Assembly (NCBI GenBank): GCA_963775465.1
Contig: CAVZIW010000001.1
Coordinates: 96,001 to 160,000, forward strand
Length of the DNA: 64,000 nucleotides
Source: Candidatus Bathyarchaeota archaeon
GTDB lineage: Archaea; Thermoproteota; Bathyarchaeia; Bathyarchaeales; Bathycorpusculaceae
Reading direction: 5' to 3'
The position numbers and the translations under genes were made by a program. Shown piece by piece: positions 1 to 10,294 of the stretch (positions within the stretch are counted from its first letter, which is position 1; every line of letters begins with the position of its first letter). The notes beneath the pieces are model-generated. The model was not told the origin of the DNA. It made no database searches and worked only from the letters and a program-made list of their open reading frames with translations.

Positions 1-1
1 G

Positions 2-748
2 CCAGCACCCTCAGCAGCATTCCTATCTGCACTTGTTGACCAAGGCAGCTACTATATCCTTATCAGAATATTACTTTTCATAGTTCTTCCCTCATCAACG
101 TTGGATTGGACGATTATGTTAGCCATCCTCGCGGCTCTAACCATGATTGTAGGAAACGTATTCGCCCTAATCCAAAACGACATTAAACGCCTTATCGCGT
201 ACATATGCGTCGCAGACGTTGGCTACAACCTAGTTGCAATTGCCAGCTGGCAAACACAATTAGGCATCGCAGGCAACCTCTACTTCTTCCTAATTGGCGG
301 CTTAACTACTGCTTTGGCGTTCATGGTTATCGGAGTCATCAATAAGCATGGCATTAAAACACTCAATGACTTCGCAGGCTTAGGAAAAAAAATGCCTCTG
401 GCATGCATAGCCTTAGTCATCGCAGGTTTATCCTTTGCTGGAGTTCCACCACTCGGAGGATTCGTAGGCAAATATCTCGTATTCACTGCAGCTATAAGCT
501 CAAACCTTAGTTGGCTAGCAATCATAGGAGTATTAACAAGCGTGCTCCAAACCGCATACATTTTCCGCCTTATGAACGTCATGTACGGAAAGAAACCCAA
601 AGACGAAAGCCCCATAAAAGAAAACAAACATCTTCTCATCCCGATCTTCATGCTCGTAGCAGCAATCTTCATCCTCGGGCTATTCCCAGACATGGTGTTG
701 CAACTCATAAAACCAGTCATGAATCAACTACCCTACATAATACCATAG
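2..748 (+). CDS. Proton-translocating antiporter-like membrane subunit (NuoN/MrpD family), 5'-truncated by the window edge
   Basis: Frame is open from nt 2 (PAPSAAFLSA...). Motifs QNDIKRLIAY, GLGKKMP and LSFAGVPPLGGFVGK are typical of NuoN/MrpD subunits. A T-rich terminator-like tract follows. Confidence 0.85.
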   Translation, partial: PAPSAAFLSALVDQGSYYILIRILLFIVLPSSTLDWTIMLAILAALTMIVGNVFALIQNDIKRLIAYICVADVGYNLVAIASWQTQLGIAGNLYFFLIGGLTTALAFMVIGVINKHGIKTLNDFAGLGKKMPLACIALVIAGLSFAGVPPLGGFVGKYLVFTAAISSNLSWLAIIGVLTSVLQTAYIFRLMNVMYGKKPKDESPIKENKHLLIPIFMLVAAIFILGLFPDMVLQLIKPVMNQLPYIIP

Positions 749-893
749 CATCTCCTTCTTTTGGCAGCCTTATTTTTTCTTCTGCCAAAATTGAAATTAT
801 CGAGATGGCGAGGTCAATTTGAAAAACCTAAATTGTTTAATTTAAAATTTTTTAGAAAGTATAGTTGGGATAGTTCGCCAAATAAGACGAACT

Positions 894-2132
894 CTACCTG
901 ATTTGGCCACTGCCCAAGACAATGTATTTTGTTGTTGTTAGGTGCTGTACGCTCATTGGTCCGCGAGCATGAAGTTTTTGGGTGCTGATACCGATTTCTG
1001 CGCCTAAGCCAAATTGGTTCCCATCAGTGAAACGCGTAGAAGCATTCCAGTAAACTGCTGCTGAATCGATCTCCTTTATGAATTGCAACGCTTTTCCAAA
1101 GTCAACAGTTAGAATACTCTCGCTATGATGGGTTCCGTATTTGTTAATGTGGTTGATTGCTTCGTTAAGGTTATTGACTACTTTAATGCCTATTTTTAAG
1201 TCAAGGTATTCGGTGCCCCAATCTTGTTCGGTTGCTGCTTTTACATCAGGCACTATGCTGCAGGTTTCTTCGTCTCCACGAACCTCAACGCCGTTTTTGC
1301 GTAACTCTGCAATTACAATAGGTAGATATTGTTTAGCGATGTTTTTGTGCACCAGTAGTTTTTCGGCGGCATTGCATGTTCCCGGACGTTGGCATTTAGC
1401 GTTTATTACAATGGGTGTTGCTTTGGTTAAATCAGCGTCTTCCTCAACATAGATATGGCAGTTTCCAGTTCCCGTTTCTATTACTGGTATGCGGGATTTT
1501 TCGATAACAGTTTTTATTAGGTCTGATCCTCCTCTTGGAACGAGCACGTCAATGTAGTCACGCATACCCATTAACTCCTCTGCGACTTTGCGGTCAGGTG
1601 AAGGAACAACTTGAATCGCATCAACAGGTATGTTGGTTCCGGACAGTGCTTCTCTGAGAACTTCCCCGATTGCGACGTTAGAGTTCAAGGCATCTGAGCC
1701 ACCGCGTAAAATGACTACGTTTCCTGATTTGATGCATATTCCTGCGGAATCAGAGGTTACATTTGGACGTGATTCATAAATTACACCGATAACTCCCATA
1801 GGAACTCGGATTTGGCTGATTATCAATCCGTTGGGACGTGTCCAAGTATTAAGATAAGTCCCTATGGGATCGGGAAGAGCAGAGACTTCTCTGAGTTCTT
1901 TAGCCATGGTTTGAATTTTCTTTTGGTCTAAAGCCAAGCGATCAAGCAGAGCGGCTTTAAGTCCTCTACTCTTTGCTGCTTCCACATCTTTTTTGTTTGC
2001 TGCCAAAATCTCCTCAGTATTTGCTTCCAACGCGTTTGCCATTCTGCACAATGCGGTATTTTTAGCCTCCGTTGACAGCTTGCCCATCTGAAAAGATGCA
2101 GCTTTAGCTTTTTTACAAATTTCTTCTATCAT
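894..2132 (-). CDS. proA: Gamma-glutamyl phosphate reductase
   Basis: Motifs GVIGVIYESRPNVT, catalytic CNAAE and NASTRFTDGNQFGLGAEIGISTQKLHARGP; 4-nt overlap with proB. Confidence 0.97.
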   Translation of the reverse strand: MIEEICKKAKAASFQMGKLSTEAKNTALCRMANALEANTEEILAANKKDVEAAKSRGLKAALLDRLALDQKKIQTMAKELREVSALPDPIGTYLNTWTRPNGLIISQIRVPMGVIGVIYESRPNVTSDSAGICIKSGNVVILRGGSDALNSNVAIGEVLREALSGTNIPVDAIQVVPSPDRKVAEELMGMRDYIDVLVPRGGSDLIKTVIEKSRIPVIETGTGNCHIYVEEDADLTKATPIVINAKCQRPGTCNAAEKLLVHKNIAKQYLPIVIAELRKNGVEVRGDEETCSIVPDVKAATEQDWGTEYLDLKIGIKVVNNLNEAINHINKYGTHHSESILTVDFGKALQFIKEIDSAAVYWNASTRFTDGNQFGLGAEIGISTQKLHARGPMSVQHLTTTKYIVLGSGQIR

Positions 2133-3253
2133 TTTTCTTCCTCAATTAGGTGAATATTTCGATGTTCGATTACTTCTTTGGGTTTATCTGAACCCAGTTT
2201 TTTATGTACTTGTGTTATTTGCAGCCCTTTAATTAGGTTTAACTGGGTGCTGTTGTAGTTTGGGTTGCCACGGGCGAATTTAACGTGTTCTTCATCTTCC
2301 AAACTCACCACATCCCCTTCATCAAAAGTCCCTGTGACGTTAGTTACTCCAACTGGCAACAGACTGGAGCCTTCCATAATTGCCTTCTTTGCACCATCGT
2401 TAACTTCAATGGTTCCTTTAGCCGCGGCACAATAAGCGATCCAACGTTTCATCGCAGGCATCCGTGTTTGCGCTTTAAAGTGAGTTCCAACGTCTTTTCC
2501 AGTTAAAATATCTAAAATGACGTTGTTTTTTCGGCTGTTGGCAACAATAACTTGAATGCCACAGTTAGTGGCGATTTCTGCGGCTTTAATTTTGCTTTGG
2601 ATTCCTCCTCTGCCTATTTTGCTCTTGCCGTTTAGAGAATTTTTGAATTCAGTGGTTATTGACTCTACGGTTTTTATCAATTTAGCCCCGGGCTCAGAGG
2701 GATCTGCTGTGTATACTCCGTCAACATCTGAGAGAATAATTACCATATCTGCGCAGATTGCCCCAGCAACAAGTACACTGAGAATGTCGTTATCGCTAAA
2801 GTTAACTTTGTAACCTTCGGTTCTCATGAGTTCATCGATGGATGTGACGTCGTTTTCGTTAATTATAGGAATCACACCGATTTTTAGAAGTAAACTTAGA
2901 ACGTTACAGGTATGCACGTAGGATGCTCTATTTGAGAGGTCTTCGGCGGTTAACAGAATCTGGGCAACTTTCAAATCGAATTTTTTGAATAGTTCTCGGT
3001 ATTTTGCCATGAGAACGTTCTGTCCAGAAGCCGCTGCGGCTTGTTGGAAAACGATATCTTTGGGTTTAGGGGGAATTCCTAATTCTGCGATGCCTGCAGC
3101 AACCGCTCCTGAAGAGATGAGGACTATTTTGTCTCCTTTTTTTGTGGCATTGGCTATTTGACTTGTTAATTTATTCATTTCTTCGTGGTCTAGTTTTCCA
3201 TCTTTGGTTATGCCGTTTGTGCCGACTTTAACCACTATTAATCTTTGAGGCAT
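2129..3253 (-). CDS. proB: Glutamate 5-kinase with C-terminal PUA domain
   Basis: Motifs IVVKVGT, SSGAVAAG, PIINEND, FSDNDILS and the PUA segment SSLLPVGV...GTFDEGD. Confidence 0.97.
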   Translation of the reverse strand: MPQRLIVVKVGTNGITKDGKLDHEEMNKLTSQIANATKKGDKIVLISSGAVAAGIAELGIPPKPKDIVFQQAAAASGQNVLMAKYRELFKKFDLKVAQILLTAEDLSNRASYVHTCNVLSLLLKIGVIPIINENDVTSIDELMRTEGYKVNFSDNDILSVLVAGAICADMVIILSDVDGVYTADPSEPGAKLIKTVESITTEFKNSLNGKSKIGRGGIQSKIKAAEIATNCGIQVIVANSRKNNVILDILTGKDVGTHFKAQTRMPAMKRWIAYCAAAKGTIEVNDGAKKAIMEGSSLLPVGVTNVTGTFDEGDVVSLEDEEHVKFARGNPNYNSTQLNLIKGLQITQVHKKLGSDKPKEVIEHRNIHLIEEEK

Positions 3254-3417
3254 CGCAAGTCCCTTTTAAATTAGGCTTATTTGAAATATGTTCGGCTTGC
3301 TTTTAAATGCAACCAAAGCTAGGCATAAAACTGTCGCGATTTTAAGTTAATTTGATGCTGAAAACATCAAAAAGATCCTAAAAATTTAGGAAAAATATAT
3401 AAGTAAAATGGGCATGG

Positions 3418-5634
3418 GTGTCAAATATGTTACCCTTACAAGCATTAGCATCATTGTTAACTAACAGTCAATTTGTCTTTTGGATTGCACCCATTGCAGG
3501 TGTAGTTGCCGTTCTTGCGTCTCTTTTACTCATGTACCGCATTGGAAAAATGAGTCCAGGTGGACCCAAAACCGTTGAAGTTGGCAACGCAATCAGGGAA
3601 GGTGCATATGCATTTCTAAAAAGACAATACAAAACCATCGCCATAATTACAGTAGTGATTTTTGTTCTACTATGGATTGCCTTGCCCAGCGGTTATCTTG
3701 GAGTGGGTACCGCGGCAGCTTTCTTGGTTGGTGCAGTAGCATCCTTAGCTGCTGGCTACATCGCCATGGACAACGCAACTAAAGCCAACGTTCGAACGGT
3801 GGCAGCGGCAAAAGATCATGGTGCAGAAAAAGCGTTAAAGACAGCATTTTACGGTGGCGCCACTATGGGCATGGCAGTCGTCGGTTTGTCTTTGTTGGGC
3901 GTAAGTTTTCTCTTCTTGCTCTACGGCGGTTACAACGCCATGTTTAACACCCTTGACGTCACCCAAGCAGCACAACTTGGGAGAGATGCGGCAAGCGGAA
4001 TTGTAGGTATGGGTTTTGGTGCCTCCTTGATCGCATTGTTTGCTCAGTTAGGCGGCGGAATTTACACTAAAGCCGCGGACGTCGGTGCAGACCTTGTGGG
4101 AAAAGTTGAAGCAGGAATCCCTGAAGACGACCCACGCAATCCAGCGGTAATCGCAGATAATGTTGGCGATAATGTCGGTGATTCTGCAGGTAGAGGTGCA
4201 GACCTCTTTGAATCTGCAACTGGGGAGAACATCGGAGGTATGATTATCGGCGGTTTAATCAGCATCGCTACAGGTAACCTTGTGTTTCTGATTTTCCCGT
4301 TAATCGCACGTGCCTTGGGCATCTTTGCAACATTAGTTGGAATGCCTTTTGTGAAACTTACTCAAGCAGAAGCAAAACATCCAATGAAAGCATTAAGAAA
4401 AGGACTAATGGTTACGACCATTGTTTCAGGTATATTGTTCTTGTTTGCAACAATCTTTCTCTTAGGCGATGGCTCTTTCTCCATGACCTTCTTGTACCTG
4501 TATTTTGCATTACTTGCGGGTCTAGCTGCAAGCGTAGCAATTGACTACATTACAGACTACTATACAGGTGCAAACCGAGGTCCCGTATTTAAAATTGCAA
4601 AAGCCAGCGAAACAGGCTCAGCAACTAACATCATTACCGGTTTTGCCGTTGGACTAGAGACAACCGCTTTACCAATCGTTTCACTTGTAATAGCGTTGAT
4701 TGTTTCGTATTTCTTCGGTACACAATTTGCGGTTTCTTGGAACGCAACTCATCCTTCATTCATTGATCCGTTTATTGGCGGTATATACGGAACAACACTT
4801 GCGACCATGGGTATGCTCGCAGTCATGGGCATGGTCTTAGCTCTCGACGGGTTTGGTCCAATCGCTGACAACGCAGCAGGCATTGCAGAAATGTCCGGAG
4901 AAGGTGGAGCAGAAGAAACAATGGAAGCACTTGATGCAGTCGGAAACACGACTAAAGCCCTCACAAAAGGGTTTGCACTTGGCTCAGCTCTGCTTGCAGC
5001 GCAATTGTTATTCCAAACTTATGCTTCAGAAGTTACAGCAATTACGGGAGTCAACTTCGTTGTAGACATTTCGAACCCTGCAGTGTTAATCGCAGGGTTT
5101 ATCGGTGCAATGTTACCCTTCTTTTTTAGTTCCCAAGCCATTAGTGCAGTTGGCAAAGCAGCAGCAGAAATGGTCGCAGAGGTTAGACGTCAATTCCGAG
5201 AAATACCTGGCATCATGGACGGAACAGGTAAACCCGATTATGGTCGAGCAGTTGATATAAGCACAAAATCTGCACTTAGAGGCATGGTACTTCCAGGATT
5301 GATCATAGTTGTCGTTCCAATTGTTGTCGGTGTCTTATTGGGACCTGAAGCCGTTGGAGCACTCGTAATTGGAGCCACCCTCTCAGCAGTACCATTAGCA
5401 CTGTTCATGAACACAGGAGGAGGTGCATGGGATAACGCAAAGAAATTCATTGAAGCAGGACACTTCGGAGGCAAAGGAAGCCCCGCACATGCGGCGGCAG
5501 TTGTCGGCGATACTGTAGGAGACCCACTAAAAGACACTGCAGGACCAAGTCTACACGTTCTCATAAAACTACTCAGCACTCTCTCAATCGTCTTTATCCC
5601 ACTGTTTTTCAACCTCCTGCAACTGATTCATTGA
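3418..5634 (+). CDS. hppA: Membrane H+-translocating pyrophosphatase, K+-independent type
   Basis: Motifs GGGIYTKAADVGADLVGKVEAGIPEDDPRNPAVIADNVGDNVGD and GDTVGDPLKDTAGP. The Lys in GNTTKA marks the K+-independent subfamily. Confidence 0.96.
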   Translation: MSNMLPLQALASLLTNSQFVFWIAPIAGVVAVLASLLLMYRIGKMSPGGPKTVEVGNAIREGAYAFLKRQYKTIAIITVVIFVLLWIALPSGYLGVGTAAAFLVGAVASLAAGYIAMDNATKANVRTVAAAKDHGAEKALKTAFYGGATMGMAVVGLSLLGVSFLFLLYGGYNAMFNTLDVTQAAQLGRDAASGIVGMGFGASLIALFAQLGGGIYTKAADVGADLVGKVEAGIPEDDPRNPAVIADNVGDNVGDSAGRGADLFESATGENIGGMIIGGLISIATGNLVFLIFPLIARALGIFATLVGMPFVKLTQAEAKHPMKALRKGLMVTTIVSGILFLFATIFLLGDGSFSMTFLYLYFALLAGLAASVAIDYITDYYTGANRGPVFKIAKASETGSATNIITGFAVGLETTALPIVSLVIALIVSYFFGTQFAVSWNATHPSFIDPFIGGIYGTTLATMGMLAVMGMVLALDGFGPIADNAAGIAEMSGEGGAEETMEALDAVGNTTKALTKGFALGSALLAAQLLFQTYASEVTAITGVNFVVDISNPAVLIAGFIGAMLPFFFSSQAISAVGKAAAEMVAEVRRQFREIPGIMDGTGKPDYGRAVDISTKSALRGMVLPGLIIVVVPIVVGVLLGPEAVGALVIGATLSAVPLALFMNTGGGAWDNAKKFIEAGHFGGKGSPAHAAAVVGDTVGDPLKDTAGPSLHVLIKLLSTLSIVFIPLFFNLLQLIH

Positions 5635-5759
5635 GCGCGAAAATCGGGAAGTCTTTTCTTCCCTGCCTTATTTTTCTTTTATCATTTTGAATTTGTTTTT
5701 TTCCGCAGTATATTTTTACCTCATTGTGCATTCACCTAAGCTTAACGAGATGTGCTCTG

Positions 5760-6848
5760 TTGAAAATTATTGAAAAGAACCTGCAGCAAGATTTTGTCAA
5801 AGTGGTACCTGATTCACCAGATGATCTTTGGCATCTATATAACGTAATCTTTGCGGATGATGAAGTCTACGCTTATAGTTCAAGAGCAATAAAAAGCGAT
5901 ACTGAAGGATCACGACCCAAAAGTGGTGAAAGGGTTGCAGCTTTCATGGGTGTGAAAGTAATTTCGGTTAGTTGGGATAAATTCCTTGGCAAACTACGGG
6001 TTCATGGATTAATTTGTCATGCTCCAGATATTATTCCTACAGGAGCGCATCACACGATTAGTGTTGCATTAAACCAACCTGTTACTATTGTAAAAAAGGA
6101 ATGGCCCAAACACCTGCTTGATCGCTTGACGCATGCAAGTGAAACCGAAAAACCCATGCTTATAATCTCTATTGACGACGAAGGCTTTGCAATAGCTGAA
6201 ACAAGACAGTACGGTTATGAAACTCGGGTGGACCAACGTATGAGATTGCCTGGAAAGCAAGAGGCAGATAAACGTGTTGAAGCTACCAAAGGCTACTTCC
6301 GACTTGCAGTTAATAGCTTGAACAAATTATGGGCACTAAACCATAATCCAATCGTTATCATAGGAGCTGGGTTTGTTAAGAACGATTTTGTAAAATTTTT
6401 AGACGAAGAATCTCATGAAATGGCCAAATCTGTGGTCGATGTTAAGAGCGTAAATAATGGAGGGACGGCAGGTATCGGTGAAGCGTTACGTTCAGGTGTT
6501 TTGTTAAAAGCTGCGCATACACTGAGAATTGTTGAAGAAACCGAAACCATGGAGGAGGTGATGAAACGGCTAGGCAAGGAAGAAGGTACAGTTGCCTATG
6601 GGTTGACGGCGGTGGAGAACGCGGTGATAATGGGGGCAGTAGAGAAGTTGGTAATTGCAGATACAACTCTTCGTGAAGCTGACGAAGCGCAACGACTCAA
6701 ATTAGATGACTTGATGAGGCAGGTGGAAAAACGAAATGCATCAATAACTGTGGTTAGCACTGAACATGAAGCAGGCGCAAAACTACTTTCATTAGGTGGA
6801 ATTGTGGCACTTCTGAGATACCCATTATACAGAGATAATGCTCCTTAG
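5760..6848 (+). CDS. pelA: mRNA surveillance / ribosome rescue protein pelota
   Basis: Motifs PDSPDDLWHLYNVI, LRVHG, GAHHTI and EAGAKLLSLGGIVALLRY. Likely start is TTG 5760 (ORF track starts at 5724). Confidence 0.95.
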   Translation: MKIIEKNLQQDFVKVVPDSPDDLWHLYNVIFADDEVYAYSSRAIKSDTEGSRPKSGERVAAFMGVKVISVSWDKFLGKLRVHGLICHAPDIIPTGAHHTISVALNQPVTIVKKEWPKHLLDRLTHASETEKPMLIISIDDEGFAIAETRQYGYETRVDQRMRLPGKQEADKRVEATKGYFRLAVNSLNKLWALNHNPIVIIGAGFVKNDFVKFLDEESHEMAKSVVDVKSVNNGGTAGIGEALRSGVLLKAAHTLRIVEETETMEEVMKRLGKEEGTVAYGLTAVENAVIMGAVEKLVIADTTLREADEAQRLKLDDLMRQVEKRNASITVVSTEHEAGAKLLSLGGIVALLRYPLYRDNAP

Positions 6849-6967
6849 AGATGGCATGACTATTATTGCTACCCACAAATTTGTAAATGGGCCATCGTCA
6901 CCTAATTGCACCGTTAAGGGAATATTGAACACTGGACGTTATCATTTTTCTCTCTACCAGAAAACGA

Positions 6968-7013
6968 CTTTATAAAGCCTTGTTTAAGCCTTTATAAATA
7001 GATGCTTTATATA
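6968..7013 (+). promoter_or_regulatory. Cluster of three TATA-box-like elements upstream of tbp
   Basis: CTTTATA at 6968, 6990 and 7005, 45-90 nt upstream of the tbp ATG. Confidence 0.55.
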
Positions 7014-7057
7014 CTCCTCTGTTAATTTAAATACTCTAACCGTGACCGTGAATTGAC

Positions 7058-7621
7058 ATGAGTAAACGAAAACCAATCATTTCGATTCAAAACATAGTTG
7101 CTTCAGTTTCACTTAACCAAAAAATCGACCTGCAGAAGATCGTGGAAAAATTTCCACAAACAGAATATAACCCCTCCGTTTTTCCAGGCTTAGTTTTTCG
7201 GCTAAAGAAACCCAAAACAGCTACCTTAATATTCGGTACAGGTAAAATGGTATGTACAGGTGCTAAATCTGAAAAAGAAAGCCGCAGCGCAGTAGAAAAA
7301 GTCGTTAAGGAACTCCGAAGCGAGGGCATCCAAATCACTGAAAAGCCAATCGTCAACATTCAAAACATCGTTGCATCAGCTGAGCTTGGCGGAGAAATCG
7401 ACCTTGAAAGTCTCGTCTATAAACTTGAACGGGTTATGTATGAACCCGAGCAGTTTCCAGGGGCAGTTTTTCGAATGGCGGAACCAAAGGTTGTTTTCTT
7501 AATTTTTAGTGCAGGTAAGCTTGTGTGTGTTGGCGCAAAGAAGGAAGAGCAAGTTTACGAAGCTGTCGACAAAATCCAGCAGTTGTTGGAAGAAAAGGAA
7601 CTCATCTACTATCCTTCTTAG
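7058..7621 (+). CDS. tbp: TATA-box-binding protein
   Basis: Two repeats, IQNIVAS...YNPSVFPGLVFR...LIFGTGKMVCTGAKS and IQNIVAS...YEPEQFPGAVFR...LIFSAGKLVCVGAK. Confidence 0.98.
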   Translation: MSKRKPIISIQNIVASVSLNQKIDLQKIVEKFPQTEYNPSVFPGLVFRLKKPKTATLIFGTGKMVCTGAKSEKESRSAVEKVVKELRSEGIQITEKPIVNIQNIVASAELGGEIDLESLVYKLERVMYEPEQFPGAVFRMAEPKVVFLIFSAGKLVCVGAKKEEQVYEAVDKIQQLLEEKELIYYPS

Positions 7622-8328
7622 ACTTCTTTTTTCATTCTTCGCCTAACAGCAGGATTTATTTCTGATACCTTTTTAAGTGATTGTTCAAAAGTTTCATTAG
7701 GCATCAATCCTCTTTTTAAAAATACACCAGTCCTTCCAACAGTATCCCGTTTCAATAATGCGTGGACTCTGTCTAAGACTGTTTCAGAAGATACGCCTAT
7801 TATTTTTGCGGCAAATTCTTCTCTTCCGACTATGGTGCTTTCTATGTGTCCTTTTTTGGTTGGTTCAATAAGCATCAAACGTTTGTCTACTCCCGATACC
7901 CGAATGTTTGCTATTAATTGATTTAGGGTTATTTCTCCGCCAAACCTGTAGAACTCCCGCTCAACTCGACGCATTTGCATGAGGGGGAAAGAAACAATTG
8001 TTGATTCGTCGATTTCGATATGGGCTTTCATGGCATAATTGGGTGTTGCCTGAACAACAAAACGCGTATTTACTGAGATTTTGGCTTGTTGAAGCGCAGT
8101 CTCTACCAAGAAACTGTTTTGAACTTCAGGAATAAAGATGTCGATGTCACTGCTACCTTTAACGTCGCCTCTTGCTATACTTCCGTGAACAATTGCCTGC
8201 AAATGATATTTTTCTAACGCTGTCATTATTGGATTAGCTTTTTCTCTGAGAGTAGCAAGCTGCTTCCATTTCATGTTTGTATAGATGATTTCTCGGGTAT
8301 CAGCGTTCTTGACGGGTTTAGTTGCCAT
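7618..8328 (-). CDS. Pol-beta-like nucleotidyltransferase (archaeal COG2413-like)
   Basis: NTase motif HGSIARGDV..SDIDI, plus EREFYRFGG, GVDKRL and GRTGVFL. Confidence 0.85.
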   Translation of the reverse strand: MATKPVKNADTREIIYTNMKWKQLATLREKANPIMTALEKYHLQAIVHGSIARGDVKGSSDIDIFIPEVQNSFLVETALQQAKISVNTRFVVQATPNYAMKAHIEIDESTIVSFPLMQMRRVEREFYRFGGEITLNQLIANIRVSGVDKRLMLIEPTKKGHIESTIVGREEFAAKIIGVSSETVLDRVHALLKRDTVGRTGVFLKRGLMPNETFEQSLKKVSEINPAVRRRMKKEV

Positions 8329-8654
8329 TTTGTTCCGCTGAAATAGAACTTTAATATGACATCGTTTATTTACCTAACCCATTTTTCCTATTCTTAAACC
8401 TCTTTGGCTTTTTCTTCATCTAATTTTTTACCGGGGATTTGTTCAATCAATTTCTGTTCAATCTTTATCTAAAAATGTTTTCCGCTATAACTTAAGAAAA
8501 ACTTATCTGCTTAGGATAGCTATTCGTGTTAGAATTAACTGCGCTCTCCGGCTTTAGTCTACTTCGTATTAGTGTTGTGCGCTAAAAGTTTTTGAGATTA
8601 CAAATTCACATTTTTTATATATTGTAAATTAGGTTTAATCATAACTATCGCGAT

Positions 8655-9026
8655 GTGGTGCCCAGTTTGGCAATTTCCCTAACAGTAAACGACTTCGATG
8701 AACTATTGGTACAGGTTATCGAAGAAACGATCATATATTGTTTGGGAGAAAGAAACGCAAATATTATTATTAATTATTTGGACACGCAAAACTACCCCTT
8801 AAGCGAAACGCCTAAAAGACCTGAATTTTTCTCGGAGGAGCTAAGAAACCTAATGGGTTTTGGGCGAAGACAAATTATGGGAGCTGCAGTAGTGCTCGAA
8901 GAAACAATATTAGAACTGTTTTGCAAAAAATTAGGAATGAAATTTGAAGCAGAACTACCCATAAATTTTCCATATCAAGTAAGAAAATTACGCGAATTGT
9001 GCAGAGCGGGAAACATCAGGAGGTGA
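8655..9026 (+). CDS. Small archaeal signalling-associated protein (DUF3227/NitrOD5-like)
   Basis: Pattern LL..IEE....LGE.....I..YL...P+RPE.F...L..L.G..A..LE..I; first gene of a two-component cluster. Confidence 0.55.
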   Translation: MVPSLAISLTVNDFDELLVQVIEETIIYCLGERNANIIINYLDTQNYPLSETPKRPEFFSEELRNLMGFGRRQIMGAAVVLEETILELFCKKLGMKFEAELPINFPYQVRKLRELCRAGNIRR

Positions 9027-9033
9027 ACTTGTA

Positions 9034-9495
9034 GTGCAAAAAAGACCAAGTATCCTAATTGTTGATGATGACAAGGAGATAGCTAGATCCTTAAGCATGG
9101 TTTTAGAATCCGAAGGGTACCAAACTGCAGTAGCTAATACTATAAAAGAAGCTATTGAAAAGTCCTATGAAAGTTTTTACAATATGGCAATTTTGGATAT
9201 CAAGCTCCCAGATGGGGAAGGAACGAGCCTTCTTAAAAAACTGCGAGAGATCTCTCCAAAGACATTGAAGATAATGATCACTGGATATCCGATACTGAAA
9301 AATGCAGTTGATTCTTTAAATGACGGTGCAGTTGCTTACTTAATCAAACCAGTTGATTTACAAAAATTAACGATGACAATAAAAAATAAAATTGAAGAAC
9401 AGAAAGCCAATGAGACAACAACTGAAGACAGCATTGCCGATTTTATCCAAGCCAGATCAAAAAAGCTATTGGGCAAGAAAACAAGTTTCCAATAA
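9034..9495 (+). CDS. Stand-alone response regulator receiver protein
   Basis: ILIVDDD, phospho-acceptor AILDIKLPD, IMITG and YLIKP. Confidence 0.93.
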   Translation: MQKRPSILIVDDDKEIARSLSMVLESEGYQTAVANTIKEAIEKSYESFYNMAILDIKLPDGEGTSLLKKLREISPKTLKIMITGYPILKNAVDSLNDGAVAYLIKPVDLQKLTMTIKNKIEEQKANETTTEDSIADFIQARSKKLLGKKTSFQ

Positions 9496-9551
9496 AATCT
9501 TTAAAAAACGATCGAAGACATGGAATTAATCAAGGTTGGAATATAGAAAAA

Positions 9552-10103
9552 TTGATTGAAAAGAGCAGCCCCAAGGGCAATAAAAAGCAAAACTCGCTGA
9601 AAGGAATAGCAGACGAAACTAGCAAATTCGCAGTGGATTTTTCGAACTTAACGAACAATCCTGCAAAAAAAACAGAACACAAATCATTTGACTCGAATTT
9701 GAGAAGTATCATACCGCTAGATATAGAATACATTGGGCAATCACTCAAAAAAGTTCAAAATATTAAAATTTTTAGTGAAATGCTTTGGTCAGACAAGAAA
9801 ATTTCAGGAAAAATAACTAGCGATGTAATCAAAATAATGAATAAAGTTTACAGAAAAAATTTCTTGTTTGGAAACGGAAAGAGTTTGAGGTGCCCATTGG
9901 GAGGGTTGTTCTATCTTTTGGGTCATAGGTATGGTGATCCGAAGAAACAAAGAGAAGTAGCGCTAGTTCTTCAAACAACTGAAGTCTCGATAAGAATTTA
10001 TTACAAGCAATGGCTAAGAGATTTCCCTGAATTATTCCAAGATATAAAAGGAAAACTCTCTAAACAAGATCTTTTTCGTAAAGATTATTGTAAAATACCG
10101 TGA
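9552..10103 (+). CDS. Protein with a single TFIIB/TFB C-terminal cyclin repeat and HTH
   Basis: GKSLRCPLGGLFYLLG...KKQREVALVLQTTEVSIRIYYKQW resembles the TFB C-terminal consensus GKxP.GLAAA.LY...TQREVA.....TEVTIRNRYKEL. No Zn ribbon. Confidence 0.6.
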   Translation: MIEKSSPKGNKKQNSLKGIADETSKFAVDFSNLTNNPAKKTEHKSFDSNLRSIIPLDIEYIGQSLKKVQNIKIFSEMLWSDKKISGKITSDVIKIMNKVYRKNFLFGNGKSLRCPLGGLFYLLGHRYGDPKKQREVALVLQTTEVSIRIYYKQWLRDFPELFQDIKGKLSKQDLFRKDYCKIP

Positions 10104-10294
10104 GGGCGAATTGGATTTAATATTAGCAAGAAATGCAAAGATGTAGTAACATAGAGAATGATCAATAACCTTTACATTTGAATGATTTTATGGATCCTGA
10201 ATTCATAAATTAATTATAAACAAATTGGCGGTAGTTGATTGAGAGATGATTAGTACAACCTTCAATCTGAAAGGAGTGTATAGAATTACCAAAT

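Noticed and set aside
280-6666. Antisense ORFs within nuoN-like, proA/proB, hppA and pelota (and similar ones elsewhere)
   Set aside because: They lie wholly opposite well-supported genes and lack motifs.
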